Shown here: piece after piece, positions 30,262 to 42,578 of the stretch
How positions within the stretch are numbered: position 1 is the first letter of the stretch
Layout: each line of letters opens with the position of its first letter
From: an uncultured Gemmatimonadaceae bacterium
Lineage (GTDB): Bacteria > Gemmatimonadota > Gemmatimonadetes > Gemmatimonadales > Gemmatimonadaceae
Assembly: GCA_963781585.1 (NCBI GenBank)
Contig: CAWAGQ010000006.1
Span: 288,001 to 352,000 of the forward strand
Length of the DNA stretch: 64,000 nt
Direction of reading: 5' to 3'
The notes under the pieces: generated by a model
What the model saw: the letters and a program-made list of their open reading frames with translations, nothing else
Told to the model about the DNA's origin: nothing
Database searches by the model: none
Program-made: the position numbers and the translations under genes

Positions 30262-30781
30262 CGGCAGGCGTTAGGCAGCGGGCACGATTGCGACCACGAT
30301 TCCCAAGCACAGCACCTGCAGCGCGGTTGGTGTGGGCTTCGCTTCGGCGGCCGTGTCGTTGCTTGCGGGATGGAGCATCTACCGCGACGCCGGTAATGCG
30401 TTTCGTCTCTATGCGATTGATCGGCCAGCTGAGTCGGCTACCTGAAGCGGGCCGCAGTCACGGGATCGGATGGATCGCTACACGGTCCATGATTCGGCGG
30501 CAACAAAACGCTCGCGCGGACCGCGGCCCCGGCGCTCAGGGAACCGGTCACAGCCGTGTGAGAGCCGGGCAGAGGACCAGATATCGAGCTCCCATGGACG
30601 GCGGAATCGCGCCCCCGCCGTTTCGCACCTATCATGTTCGTGGCATCTGGCGTCCCGAAGGTGATTCCGGCGCGCGTTCCGCGATCCGACCTGAAGGCGT
30701 TATACGTTAGGCACCCGCGATGCCGCACACCCCAGGCGTACCTGAGGGTTCGGTACCGGGTCCGGCTCCGAGGAGGGTAGC

Positions 30782-31912
30782 ATGCCCAATCCCAATGCGG
30801 TCGTCTCACGCACCATCCGCCTCGACCCGCCACTCGATCGAGCGCCGGCGGAGATGCTGCGCGCCGAGCGCGGCCTCTCCGTGGTACTGGACGGCGGGCG
30901 TCGGGCGCGCCTCGACCCGGGCAATCCTCGCTCGGCCGGCTTGGCGCAGATCCTGGATGGGCTGAGCAAGCAGCGCCTTCCGGTCTATCTGGAAGTCGAC
31001 CCCGCGACCGAGTCGATCACGCGGCTGCTCATCCCGCTGGTCGCGCGGGTAGTCAGCATCAGTTCGACCGGAAACGTGCTCGACGTCGAGTTGGACTCCT
31101 CGCACGCGCGCCACGTGCTGCCGCTCGATGCGCCCGACTCGGCCGATCTGCAGCGTCTGCTCCGCGAAGCGCTGCAAAGCCATCAGGCGATGGTCATCAC
31201 CGAGGATGACGCGCACCGCATCATCGACGTCCGCGTCTTCACCCCGGCCCCCGAGGTGCCGCTCCCCCCTTTTCCGCCGCCTGAACCGAGACTTCCGCCA
31301 CGCTATCCCTGGCCGCTGAACTGGATCCGCTGGATCTGGCGGTGGCTCGGGTGGCTATGGCGCTGGTGGCATTGCCTGTCGGGGACGAGAGCGCAGCAGG
31401 TATTCAACGCGATGGCGGCTACCACCTGTGATCCGCTCACCGTCCCCGTGCCGTGCATTCCGTTTCTCTATCCCGACGACGGCTGCTGGGCACGTGCGCA
31501 CGAGATGTGCCGGCTGATGATCAACATGGGACTCTCGCCGCAGAAAGTATGGATCGACCACAGCTCAGGGCACTTCCTGCACGTGGACACGAGAAACAAT
31601 CCCCAGTGTTTCGTGGAGTGGGGGTGGCATGTCGCGCCCACGCTGTGTGTCCGGGGCCGGTGGCCCTTCTGGACGCGCCGAGTGGTGATCGATCCATCGC
31701 TGTTCACCACGCCGGTGTCGGAGGCCACGTGGAAGGGGGTGCAGGGGGATCCGGGCGCGTCGCTGACTCACACCGGCGCCGACGTGTTCTGGCATGGCGG
31801 TGGCACCGACCCGACGTACTCGCAGTCGAACGCGATCCTGGCGCAGTACCGGCTGGCGCTGCAGAACCGGGCGAACCAGTTTGGACCTCCCCCCTATGCG
31901 AATTGTCCGTGA
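30782..31912 (+). CDS. Protein-glutamine glutaminase (Gln_amidase) family protein
   Basis: CIPFLYPDDGCWARAHEM (catalytic Cys), WGWHVAP (His), VIDPSLF (Asp); RBS AGGAGG upstream. Confidence 0.85.
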   Translation: MPNPNAVVSRTIRLDPPLDRAPAEMLRAERGLSVVLDGGRRARLDPGNPRSAGLAQILDGLSKQRLPVYLEVDPATESITRLLIPLVARVVSISSTGNVLDVELDSSHARHVLPLDAPDSADLQRLLREALQSHQAMVITEDDAHRIIDVRVFTPAPEVPLPPFPPPEPRLPPRYPWPLNWIRWIWRWLGWLWRWWHCLSGTRAQQVFNAMAATTCDPLTVPVPCIPFLYPDDGCWARAHEMCRLMINMGLSPQKVWIDHSSGHFLHVDTRNNPQCFVEWGWHVAPTLCVRGRWPFWTRRVVIDPSLFTTPVSEATWKGVQGDPGASLTHTGADVFWHGGGTDPTYSQSNAILAQYRLALQNRANQFGPPPYANCP

Positions 31913-32023
31913 CGCCGGGAGATGGGCGGAGGAGGAATAGAACTCAGGCTGATCGGAGGAGACGGCCTGCACCGCTGGATGTAGCCTGACGCCGGCCCGG
32001 CGGGAACGCCACGGAGGACAAAT

Positions 32024-33376
32024 ATGCCAAGCAGTGCGACCCGCGCCGCCGTGATTGGATCGCTCGTACTGAGCGCACTACCCCTGGCGTCGACGCCGAC
32101 ACGCGAGGAGGGAATCGGCGATCGGCCGCCGAGCTCCAGTGCCGAGGCCGACACGTTTCCGACGTTTGATCGCGTCCTCCTCCTCGACTCGACCTCGGAG
32201 ACCTCGGCGAACGTAAGCGCCGGGGACCTGAACGGCGACGGCTTCCTTGATCTCGTTCTCGCCAAGGGCCGACACTGGCCGCTGGTGAGTCGCGTGCTCC
32301 TCGGTGACGGCGCCGGCCACTTCCCCACCTCCTACGACCTGAGCCCGACGGCGGACCGGTCCTACTCGGGCCGGCTCGTGGACCTCGACGGAGACGGCGA
32401 CCTGGACGTCGTCATCAGCAACGATGCCCCCGATCCGAAGCCGGTCTACCTCAACGACGGCACCGGACACTTTCAACTGGGATCGACCTACGGCCGGCCG
32501 GAGTGGCCGACGCGGAATGCGACGACGGCGGATCTCGATGGCGATGGAAACCCGGACATCGTGGCGGCCAACCGCGGAGACAGCACCGGCGCAAACTACA
32601 TCTGCTTCAACCGGGGCGGTGGACGGTTCGACGCCAACTGCGTTGCGTTCTCCCACGAACCCGCGACCACCATCACGGCGGCGGACTTCAATCGAGACGG
32701 CTTGATCGACCTTGCTGTGCCGCACCGCGATGGCGGCCAGAGTCGCGTGTATCTGTCCGGGCCGAAAGGCACGTTTTCACCCGAACGGACCATCCCGTTC
32801 GGCCCTCCCAACGCAACGATCCGCATGGCGGAAGCCGCCGATCTCAATGGTGACGGCCTGCTCGACCTGGTCGCGATCGATGACGAGCACCGCAGCACCG
32901 CGATCTATTTCGCGCAGCGCAACGGAGCGTTCTCGTCAGGCACTGCGGTCGGTGGCGGAGTGGCCACCCCGTATGCGTTGGCGACGGCCGATCTGAACGG
33001 CGATGGGAAGATGGATGTGGTGGTCGGCTATGTGGAGGCGCCGTCGGGGGTCTACTACAACGAAGGCGACGGTCGGCGCTTCCACGCCGTCCAGTTCGGG
33101 GACAACAAGGGCGCGGTCTACGGTTTTGCGATCGCCGATCTGGATCGCGACGGCGTGCTGGATATCGCCGCCGCGCGATCGGACGCGCCCAACGTGGTCT
33201 ACCTCGGGAGCCGCGCGCGGGGAACGGGGGGCGGGCGTCGCCGCTCAGATGGCGCGGGTCAGCCTGGACGCGCAGGGAGTCCTGCGTCGCCTAACCCGGA
33301 CCACCCGGCGCCCCGGACTCGGCGCCCCGCTCCGCCCGATCCCCGGCCCACGCGCTCACCGCCACCGCCGCGGTGA
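32024..33376 (+). CDS. FG-GAP/VCBS repeat beta-propeller protein, secreted
   Basis: Seven D-x-x-x-D-G-x-x-D repeats (GDLNGDGFLDL etc.); low-complexity tail overlaps the convergent gene. Confidence 0.9.
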   Translation: MPSSATRAAVIGSLVLSALPLASTPTREEGIGDRPPSSSAEADTFPTFDRVLLLDSTSETSANVSAGDLNGDGFLDLVLAKGRHWPLVSRVLLGDGAGHFPTSYDLSPTADRSYSGRLVDLDGDGDLDVVISNDAPDPKPVYLNDGTGHFQLGSTYGRPEWPTRNATTADLDGDGNPDIVAANRGDSTGANYICFNRGGGRFDANCVAFSHEPATTITAADFNRDGLIDLAVPHRDGGQSRVYLSGPKGTFSPERTIPFGPPNATIRMAEAADLNGDGLLDLVAIDDEHRSTAIYFAQRNGAFSSGTAVGGGVATPYALATADLNGDGKMDVVVGYVEAPSGVYYNEGDGRRFHAVQFGDNKGAVYGFAIADLDRDGVLDIAAARSDAPNVVYLGSRARGTGGGRRRSDGAGQPGRAGSPASPNPDHPAPRTRRPAPPDPRPTRSPPPPR

Positions 33377-34535
33377 TCTGCCCCACCAGGTTCACCGTGG
33401 TCCGGAACATGTCCGGAATCCGGTCGATGCCCAGCAACACCGACAGCCCCGCCAGGGGAACGCCGATGGCGTCGAGTGCCGGGGCGAGGGTGACCACGCC
33501 CGACGACGGGACCGGCGCCACGGTCAGCGAAACGAGGAACGTCGCCAGCAGCGCGCTGCCGATGGCCGACGCCGGGAAGGGGACCGCGTAGAGGTGGGCC
33601 AGGAACACCACGGCCGCGCCCTGAAAGAACGCGCTGCCCGGCCGGTACATCGATGCGCCCAGCGGAAGCACGAGGTCCGCCACTTCCTCCGACAGTCCGA
33701 GGTTCTTCTTGGTCTCTTCGAGCGTGACCGGGAGCGCGGCGGCGGTACTGGTCGTCGAGAACGAGATGGACGCCGCGCCTAACGTGCCGCCGAAAAAGCG
33801 CGCGGGGCGGATGCCGCCGAGGCCGGACATGAGGGGAAGACAGACGACGGCCACGAAGACGGCCAGCCCCAGGATCACCGTGATGACGAAGACCGCCAGG
33901 CTCTGAATGAGGCCCCATCCAAGCTGCGCCGTGATCGGCGCGGCCAGGCCGAACACCCCGATCGGCGCGGTCCACAGGATCCACCACACGAGCTTGATCA
34001 ACGCGTCTCCGGCCGCCTCCGACAGGCCGAGCAGGCGGCTGCGCGCCGCGTCAGGCAGGGTACCGGCGGCCGCGGCGACGAGCGCTGTGAAGACGATCAG
34101 CGGCAGCAGCGACCCGGCGGACGCGGCCTCGAACGGGTTGCCGGGGATCAGGCTCACCAGAAAATCGACCACCCCCGGCAACTTCGGGGCTTCGCGCGCC
34201 GCGACGGCGGGAACCGCGATCGTGGGCGCGAAGTGCAGCCCGACCCACATCGAACCCATCCCCATGATGATCGCGAGGGCCAGCGACGCCCAGAAAAAGG
34301 CCAGCGTTGTCGCTCCGAGCCGGCCCAGTTTCCTCGGGTTTCCGAGCTTTGCGACTCCGGTGAAGACCACGGCCACCACGAGGGGAATGACGACCATCCG
34401 GATGGCGTTCATGAACACGGTCCCGAGGGGCGCCGAGGCGTGAGCCACCGTGGCGAAGAAATCATAACCCGCCGAGGCGAGCAGCCCCGTAGCCAGGCCC
34501 AGCACGAGTCCCACGGCAATCGCGAGGTGCAGCAT
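33291..34535 (-). CDS. Dicarboxylate/amino acid:cation symporter (DAACS/SDF family)
   Basis: IRMVVIPLV, LIPGNPF, APIGVFGL, FSTTSTAAALP, VLPLGA, GIDRIPDMFRTTVN. Confidence 0.95.
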   Translation of the reverse strand: MLHLAIAVGLVLGLATGLLASAGYDFFATVAHASAPLGTVFMNAIRMVVIPLVVAVVFTGVAKLGNPRKLGRLGATTLAFFWASLALAIIMGMGSMWVGLHFAPTIAVPAVAAREAPKLPGVVDFLVSLIPGNPFEAASAGSLLPLIVFTALVAAAAGTLPDAARSRLLGLSEAAGDALIKLVWWILWTAPIGVFGLAAPITAQLGWGLIQSLAVFVITVILGLAVFVAVVCLPLMSGLGGIRPARFFGGTLGAASISFSTTSTAAALPVTLEETKKNLGLSEEVADLVLPLGASMYRPGSAFFQGAAVVFLAHLYAVPFPASAIGSALLATFLVSLTVAPVPSSGVVTLAPALDAIGVPLAGLSVLLGIDRIPDMFRTTVNLVGQITAAVAVSAWAGDRAERGAESGAPGGPG

Positions 34536-34819
34536 CGGTCAGTTCGAGGGAGGATTCACCCAGCGGGCGCGGGGAGTATGTGCGGGCCAGGTCCGCAGGG
34601 CAACATCGTGGCGCGGGCGCGACGCCGCTCCTGGCGTACTGCGCGACGGCGCGTCAGAACGGAGCGTCGACCGCCTGTCGGCGCCAGCGACGGGTTCGCC
34701 TTGCGCCGTCTCCTCCCTCGGATCCATTGTTCTGCTCGCCTGCCGCGGTCCACTACGACGGCAGTCGGCCATCCCCCCCACGAACACTGCCCCCTCCTCC
34801 CGCCTAGGCCTGACTTCGA

Positions 34820-37780
<2,961 letters not shown>

Positions 37781-37980
37781 GCGACCGCTCGCTTCGTTTT
37801 CGGACCGGTGCTGGATTCTACTCGATCACCAGCACGTTGAAGGGTGCATCGACCACTGTACCGCTGGGACTCCCTGGAAGGGCTGTCCCTCCTGAAGAGC
37901 CACCGGCCTCCAGGCCATTACTTGGCGACGGACTCGACCTGGAAGACCTCGCCAGTGGCCCATCCCCACGCGACCGCGTC

Positions 37981-38009
37981 TTGCAATTGGAAGAAGTCAT
38001 CAATATTCT
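37981..38009 (+). promoter_or_regulatory. Sigma70-type promoter of the Xre/RES operon, likely near-leaderless
   Basis: TTGCAA-17 bp-TATTCT ending 5-8 nt before GTG 38015/ATG 38018; imperfect inverted repeat GAAGAA...TTCTTTC overlaps it. Confidence 0.6.
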
Positions 38010-38017
38010 TTCAGGTG

Positions 38018-38404
38018 ATGCCAGGCACCGCCCGCCCACGCAGAGCCCAGTCCGCACCGGCCGCCGAGCCCGTCCTCGCCAAAGCGGCCCTCAACGCGGC
38101 CGCCCGGCTCGGCCTCCGCAACCGCCAGCTCGCCGAAGTCCTGGGCACGAGCGAAGCATCGGTGTCGCGACTGCAGTACGGACGTGGACTCGACCCCGCC
38201 AGCAAGGAGGGCGAGCTGGCGCTCCTCTTCCTCCGGCTGTACCGCAGTCTCGACGCGCTGGTTGGCGGCGACGACGGCAAGGCTCGCCTGTGGCTGCACG
38301 CCGCCAACGACCACTTGGCCGGGATTCCCGCCGAACGCATTCGAACCGTGGAGGGGCTGGTGGATGTCGTCCAGTATCTGGACGCGATGCGCGGGCGACT
38401 CTGA
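38018..38404 (+). CDS. Antitoxin, Xre/MbcA/ParS family
   Basis: HTH LGLRNRQLAEVLGTSEASVSRL; LYRSLDALVGGD..KARLWL...N..L.G.P; YLDAMRG. Confidence 0.9.
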   Translation: MPGTARPRRAQSAPAAEPVLAKAALNAAARLGLRNRQLAEVLGTSEASVSRLQYGRGLDPASKEGELALLFLRLYRSLDALVGGDDGKARLWLHAANDHLAGIPAERIRTVEGLVDVVQYLDAMRGRL

Positions 38405-39119
38405 GCTTCGGCCGCTGCGCCTCACGGCGTGGCGCGCGGTCGCAGCACAGCACCAGGTCTCCACCCGCAAGCTGGTCGATTCCGCAGAGGAGCAGCACCT
38501 GCTCGAGGAGTTGATCGATCGCGCCAAGCCGCCGGATCTCACCCGGGGCCGGTTGCACTATCTGCTGTTCACGCCGTTCCGCTATCCACCGCTGCGCCAT
38601 GGCTCGCGATTCGGTACGCGGTTCGAGCGCGGCATCTGGTACGGCTCGACCAGCCGCCGCAGCACGTTCGCCGAGGTGGCGTACTATCGGCTGGTCTTCC
38701 TCGAGGGCACGCGCGTCGACCTGAGCGCCGTGGCCACGCCGCTCACGGTGTTCACGGTGCGCGCGCATTCAGCGCGCGGCATCGATCTCAACGGCGCGCC
38801 GTTCGACGCGCATCGGCGCGCCATCGCGTCGCCGGTGTCGTACACCGCCACCCAGGCCCTCGGCGCCGCCATGCGCGCCGCGGGCGTGGACCTCCTTCGC
38901 TATCCGTCGGCGCGCGACGATCAGGGTGGTGTGAACGTCGCCGCGTTCTCACCCAGTGTGTTCGGTACCGCGAAGCCGCGCGGCTTCGAGACGTGGCATT
39001 GCACCGCGACGCGGCAGCGCGTGGAGCTCGCGAAGCGCGACTATTTCACGCGCGACACGTACGCCTTTGGGCGCGAGATCTTCGTTGTGGACGGCGCGAT
39101 TCCGGCGCCGGCGCTGTGA
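38364..39119 (+). CDS. RES domain toxin (NAD+ phosphorylase-like)
   Basis: WRAV..QH, LLFTPFRYPP..GSRFG, AEVAYYR, YPSARD; overlaps the antitoxin by 41 bp. Confidence 0.9.
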   Translation: MSSSIWTRCAGDSELRPLRLTAWRAVAAQHQVSTRKLVDSAEEQHLLEELIDRAKPPDLTRGRLHYLLFTPFRYPPLRHGSRFGTRFERGIWYGSTSRRSTFAEVAYYRLVFLEGTRVDLSAVATPLTVFTVRAHSARGIDLNGAPFDAHRRAIASPVSYTATQALGAAMRAAGVDLLRYPSARDDQGGVNVAAFSPSVFGTAKPRGFETWHCTATRQRVELAKRDYFTRDTYAFGREIFVVDGAIPAPAL

Positions 39120-39246
39120 CGGCGCGGTTGCCGTCGGCGCTGGCGGTACGACAGCGCGCTTGCTGTCGCCGCTCGAATGAGCGATATCCGCAATCGGCCA
39201 GGCTGTTGCTCGAAGCCGGATCACCCCGACCCCGACGCGCTTTCCC

Positions 39247-40410
39247 ATGAATGAAATCAACATCAACCTCGGTGGCGGCGCGTCGTATCTCGCGCCGCTG
39301 TACTCGCTGCCCGACAACAGCACTCCAACCGAGGTCGCAGCGGCGGTCTACAAATGGTTCCTGCCGACCTTGGCCCGCGACGGATACACGGGCATCACGG
39401 TGAACGTACAGATCACCAGCAGCACCGGGGTGATCACCCTGACCGCTCAAGGCGGAGGACCGCTGCCGCCGCGTGTCTCGGGATACCAGTTCGCGATGAA
39501 AGCCTTCCTGGCGATCGGCTATCAGGCGCTGACCAGTGTCGTCCCCGCGCTCCACGCCAACGGCCAATGGGACCCGCAGAAGACCGGAAAGTGGTTCTTC
39601 TTCCTGCCGCTGGGGTTGCCGATGCTGAACTTCTTCACGGTGCAGTTCTTCCATTACCCTCCGCTGCGCTTGCTCCAATTGGGGGACTATCTGGAGGATC
39701 CGGTCCCCTATCGCTGGGGACAGTTATTGCAGACGGCCGGCACGACCCCGGCCCTCACAGATCGTTTTCAGCGCTACGTGGACGCGGTACCGATCGCCGC
39801 GCCGGACGATCAGGGCGCGTACATGCCGGTGGCCGCGTTCGCCGAATATCAGCGCCAGATGGTCCAGCTCTTTCTGCAACTCAATCGCCCCCCGGCCGGC
39901 ACCAGCACCGTGCCCATCATGGTGTTCGGCATTCCGGCGATGGCGCAGTTCGAGCATTTGTTCGGGGCGAACCTGGACATCCTGGTTCCGCAGGTGGCGA
40001 ACATTGTGCCTGGCTACACCACGCCGTGCCTCGGCGCCACGCATCCATATCACTTCTACGCCCAGGCGCAGATCGATCACGGCCGGGGCGGCACGATCGG
40101 CGACGGCAGAATGGGGCGCGGCTGCCAGTTGGCGAAGATGCTGATGCAACAGGACCTGATGGCGGCCTTCTGGCAGATCGGCATGGCGCAGAATCCCGGC
40201 GCCAGCGTCGGCGACATGCAGTTCAAGGCGACGGCGTTTGCGCTGGACCCGGCGCACGTGCAAACGGTCTGCGCGCTCACGGTGCACCAGGGATCATTGT
40301 GGTATCCGGACCCCAATTCGCTCGCTTTTCAGTTCAAGATCGATGACGCCGCCGCGAGGGCGCAGTGCGCGGCGAACGGTGCCAATCCTTGTAGCGGAAT
40401 CGGGCCCTGA
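39247..40410 (+). CDS. Hypothetical protein, possible uracil-DNA-glycosylase-like fold
   Basis: Long ORF with GC-rich third codon positions; motif order FHYPP...VDAVP...IMVFG..A...THPY. Confidence 0.7.
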   Translation: MNEININLGGGASYLAPLYSLPDNSTPTEVAAAVYKWFLPTLARDGYTGITVNVQITSSTGVITLTAQGGGPLPPRVSGYQFAMKAFLAIGYQALTSVVPALHANGQWDPQKTGKWFFFLPLGLPMLNFFTVQFFHYPPLRLLQLGDYLEDPVPYRWGQLLQTAGTTPALTDRFQRYVDAVPIAAPDDQGAYMPVAAFAEYQRQMVQLFLQLNRPPAGTSTVPIMVFGIPAMAQFEHLFGANLDILVPQVANIVPGYTTPCLGATHPYHFYAQAQIDHGRGGTIGDGRMGRGCQLAKMLMQQDLMAAFWQIGMAQNPGASVGDMQFKATAFALDPAHVQTVCALTVHQGSLWYPDPNSLAFQFKIDDAAARAQCAANGANPCSGIGP

Positions 40411-40543
40411 TGCCTCGGAAGCCGTTCCGGCCGCGAAGGAGCTCCGCGATTCCTGAGCCGGTCGCAGCCTCCTGATACCAAGGATGCCGGGTCGGCGCGC
40501 TCGCCCCTCAAGACCGTCCGGGAAACCAACGATCACCGAATCC

Positions 40544-41056
40544 ATGCCGGGCGATGGAATGCCCGTGCGAAACGCCGCCGCCGCCGAGATCCCTCACCTG
40601 GCCGGAGTCTGGTACCAGGCCTGGTGCGACGCGCACGGGGCGATCGTGCCGGCGGAGCTCACCCGGATCCGGACCCGGGAGAGTTTCCACGAACGGCTTC
40701 AGCAACTGCTGTCGGACGTGCGTGTGGCAGGTCCGGTCGGCGCGCCGCTCGGTTTCTGCATCGTGAAGGCCGACGAGCTCTATCAGCTCTTTGTGGCCGC
40801 GGAGGCACGCGGTTCGGGGGTCGCTGCCGCGTTGCTGGCCGATGCCGAGCGGTCGATGGCCGCCAACGGAGTTACCAGGGCCTGGCTCGCCTGCGCCGTC
40901 GGCAATGCACGCGCCGCGCGGTTCTACGAGAAATGCGGATGGCACCGCGCCGGAATCCTGGTGGACGAACTGCCCACGCCGAATGGCGTTCTTCCCCTGG
41001 AAGCGTGGCGATACGAAAAGACCATAGGTGCTCCGCAGGCGTCGGTCGATGCGTGA
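40544..41056 (+). CDS. GNAT family N-acetyltransferase
   Basis: ELYQLFVAAEARGSGVAAALL, GNARAARFYEKCGW. Confidence 0.92.
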   Translation: MPGDGMPVRNAAAAEIPHLAGVWYQAWCDAHGAIVPAELTRIRTRESFHERLQQLLSDVRVAGPVGAPLGFCIVKADELYQLFVAAEARGSGVAAALLADAERSMAANGVTRAWLACAVGNARAARFYEKCGWHRAGILVDELPTPNGVLPLEAWRYEKTIGAPQASVDA

Positions 41057-41262
41057 CACGTCCGATGCAGCGATCCCGTCGTTCAACAGCGCCCGGTACG
41101 TGCGTGACCTGGCCGGCCTCAGAAGGTATTCCGTGTCGCCGCGGATCGCGACGCTCGCGTGTTCCACGTTGGGCCTACCTCATAGCGGCCGTCACGGAGC
41201 TGACTGTCAGCCCCGATGCTGATTCGCTGCCCGAGATGAAACGCGAGGAGCGCGTTAGGCAC

Positions 41263-42504
41263 TCACTGCTTCTTGAACGCGTAGACCTCGGCGTAGCCGC
41301 CCAGGTAGAGCCGGTCGCCCTCGATGGCCGGCGCGCTCGACAGCCCTTCGTTGCCGTCGTGCGGACGCAAGTCGTAGCGGTTGATTCGCCACACTTCGCT
41401 GCCATCCGCGCGGCGGAGGACAAGGAACTGCCCGGCGCCATGCCCCACATAGACGAAGGACGAGTCCAAGGCGACGCTGATCGCCGAGCCGATCGTAAGC
41501 GTGTGCCAGATCCGCCGGTTAAGGGCAGATGCGGACAGGGCAGTGACGTTGGGGCCATTGGGAGGCACAAAGTCCTCGCCGACTAGCACCAGGTCCTCTG
41601 CGGCGGCCAAGGCTCGAGGGAAGCTAGCGTACACGCCTGGCGGGGCGATGGTCCCGACTTGCAGGAACGTGGCGGCCGGTACGGTATCGCGTACTTCACC
41701 GGTCGCGCGATCCAAGCCGTAGAGGCGGCCATTCCCAGGAGCCAAGACCACACGGTCGGCCGTCAAGGCCAGGTTGTAGACGTCGGTGAAGTCCTGCACC
41801 TCGCGCTTGGGCAGGTAGACCGACCACAGGACACGGCCAGTCGCCGCGTCGAGGGCCGCCGCGCCACCTCGCAGGCCGCGCGTCACTGGCGGATCATCGA
41901 GAAAGAAATCCGTGTACGCGGCATACACCACGCCCTGAGCCACTGCAGGCGTGAAGACATTCGTGTTGGTATCGGCGACGAGGTGCGCCGTCCAGCGCTC
42001 GGCACCTGAAGCCCCGTCCACGGCAAACACATGGCCCGTGGCCGATCCGGTGTAGATGGTCGTCCCATCGGTGGTGAGCGTGCCGAAGCCGGGCCACGCC
42101 CCCACCGAGGGGTGATACGTCCAGCGCACCTGGCCAGTGGCCGGATCGAGGCCGAAGAGGTCGATGTCGCCCACCACCAGCGTGCCGCCGGCCAGTGCCA
42201 GCCCGAAGCCGCTTCGCCCAGGAGTCGACACGGGCAGCGAGATCTGCCAGCGGAGCGTGCCATCGGCCTTGTTCAACGCCGAGACCTGATGCGTGAGGCT
42301 CAGGGTGTAGACCGCCTCCGCGTCCAGAACAGGGGCGCGCTCGATGTCGTGGACCTGCGCGTTCCGCCAGAGGAGCAAGCTCGCCGGGTCGATCCCACCG
42401 GGGTGATTCTGTCCACCGTGTGAGCCCAGGACCGCTCGCTCGAGCTGGCAGCTCGCGACTGCGAAGAGGAGGAAAAGAACGAGTACTGGCATCACCGGGC
42501 GCAT
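41263..42504 (-). CDS. PQQ-like (BamB-type) beta-propeller lipoprotein
   Basis: Lipobox AVASC; repeats ALNKADGTLRW, GLDPATGQVRW, AVDGASGAERW, ALDAATGRVLW. Confidence 0.88.
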   Translation of the reverse strand: MRPVMPVLVLFLLFAVASCQLERAVLGSHGGQNHPGGIDPASLLLWRNAQVHDIERAPVLDAEAVYTLSLTHQVSALNKADGTLRWQISLPVSTPGRSGFGLALAGGTLVVGDIDLFGLDPATGQVRWTYHPSVGAWPGFGTLTTDGTTIYTGSATGHVFAVDGASGAERWTAHLVADTNTNVFTPAVAQGVVYAAYTDFFLDDPPVTRGLRGGAAALDAATGRVLWSVYLPKREVQDFTDVYNLALTADRVVLAPGNGRLYGLDRATGEVRDTVPAATFLQVGTIAPPGVYASFPRALAAAEDLVLVGEDFVPPNGPNVTALSASALNRRIWHTLTIGSAISVALDSSFVYVGHGAGQFLVLRRADGSEVWRINRYDLRPHDGNEGLSSAPAIEGDRLYLGGYAEVYAFKKQ

Positions 42505-42578
42505 CTTCGCGCGCCCGGACGTGCCGCGAGTTCCTCCTCGCCATGGCGAATCCGCGTTCATCCGAGTCGGAATGCCGA

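Noticed and set aside
41173..41260. Possible integron attC site (GCCTAAC right after the PQQ gene stop, GGTAGGC 88 bp away)
   Set aside because: The right core lacks the invariant GTT, no complementary L boxes are visible, there is no integrase in the window, and most GCCTAAC copies lie inside genes.
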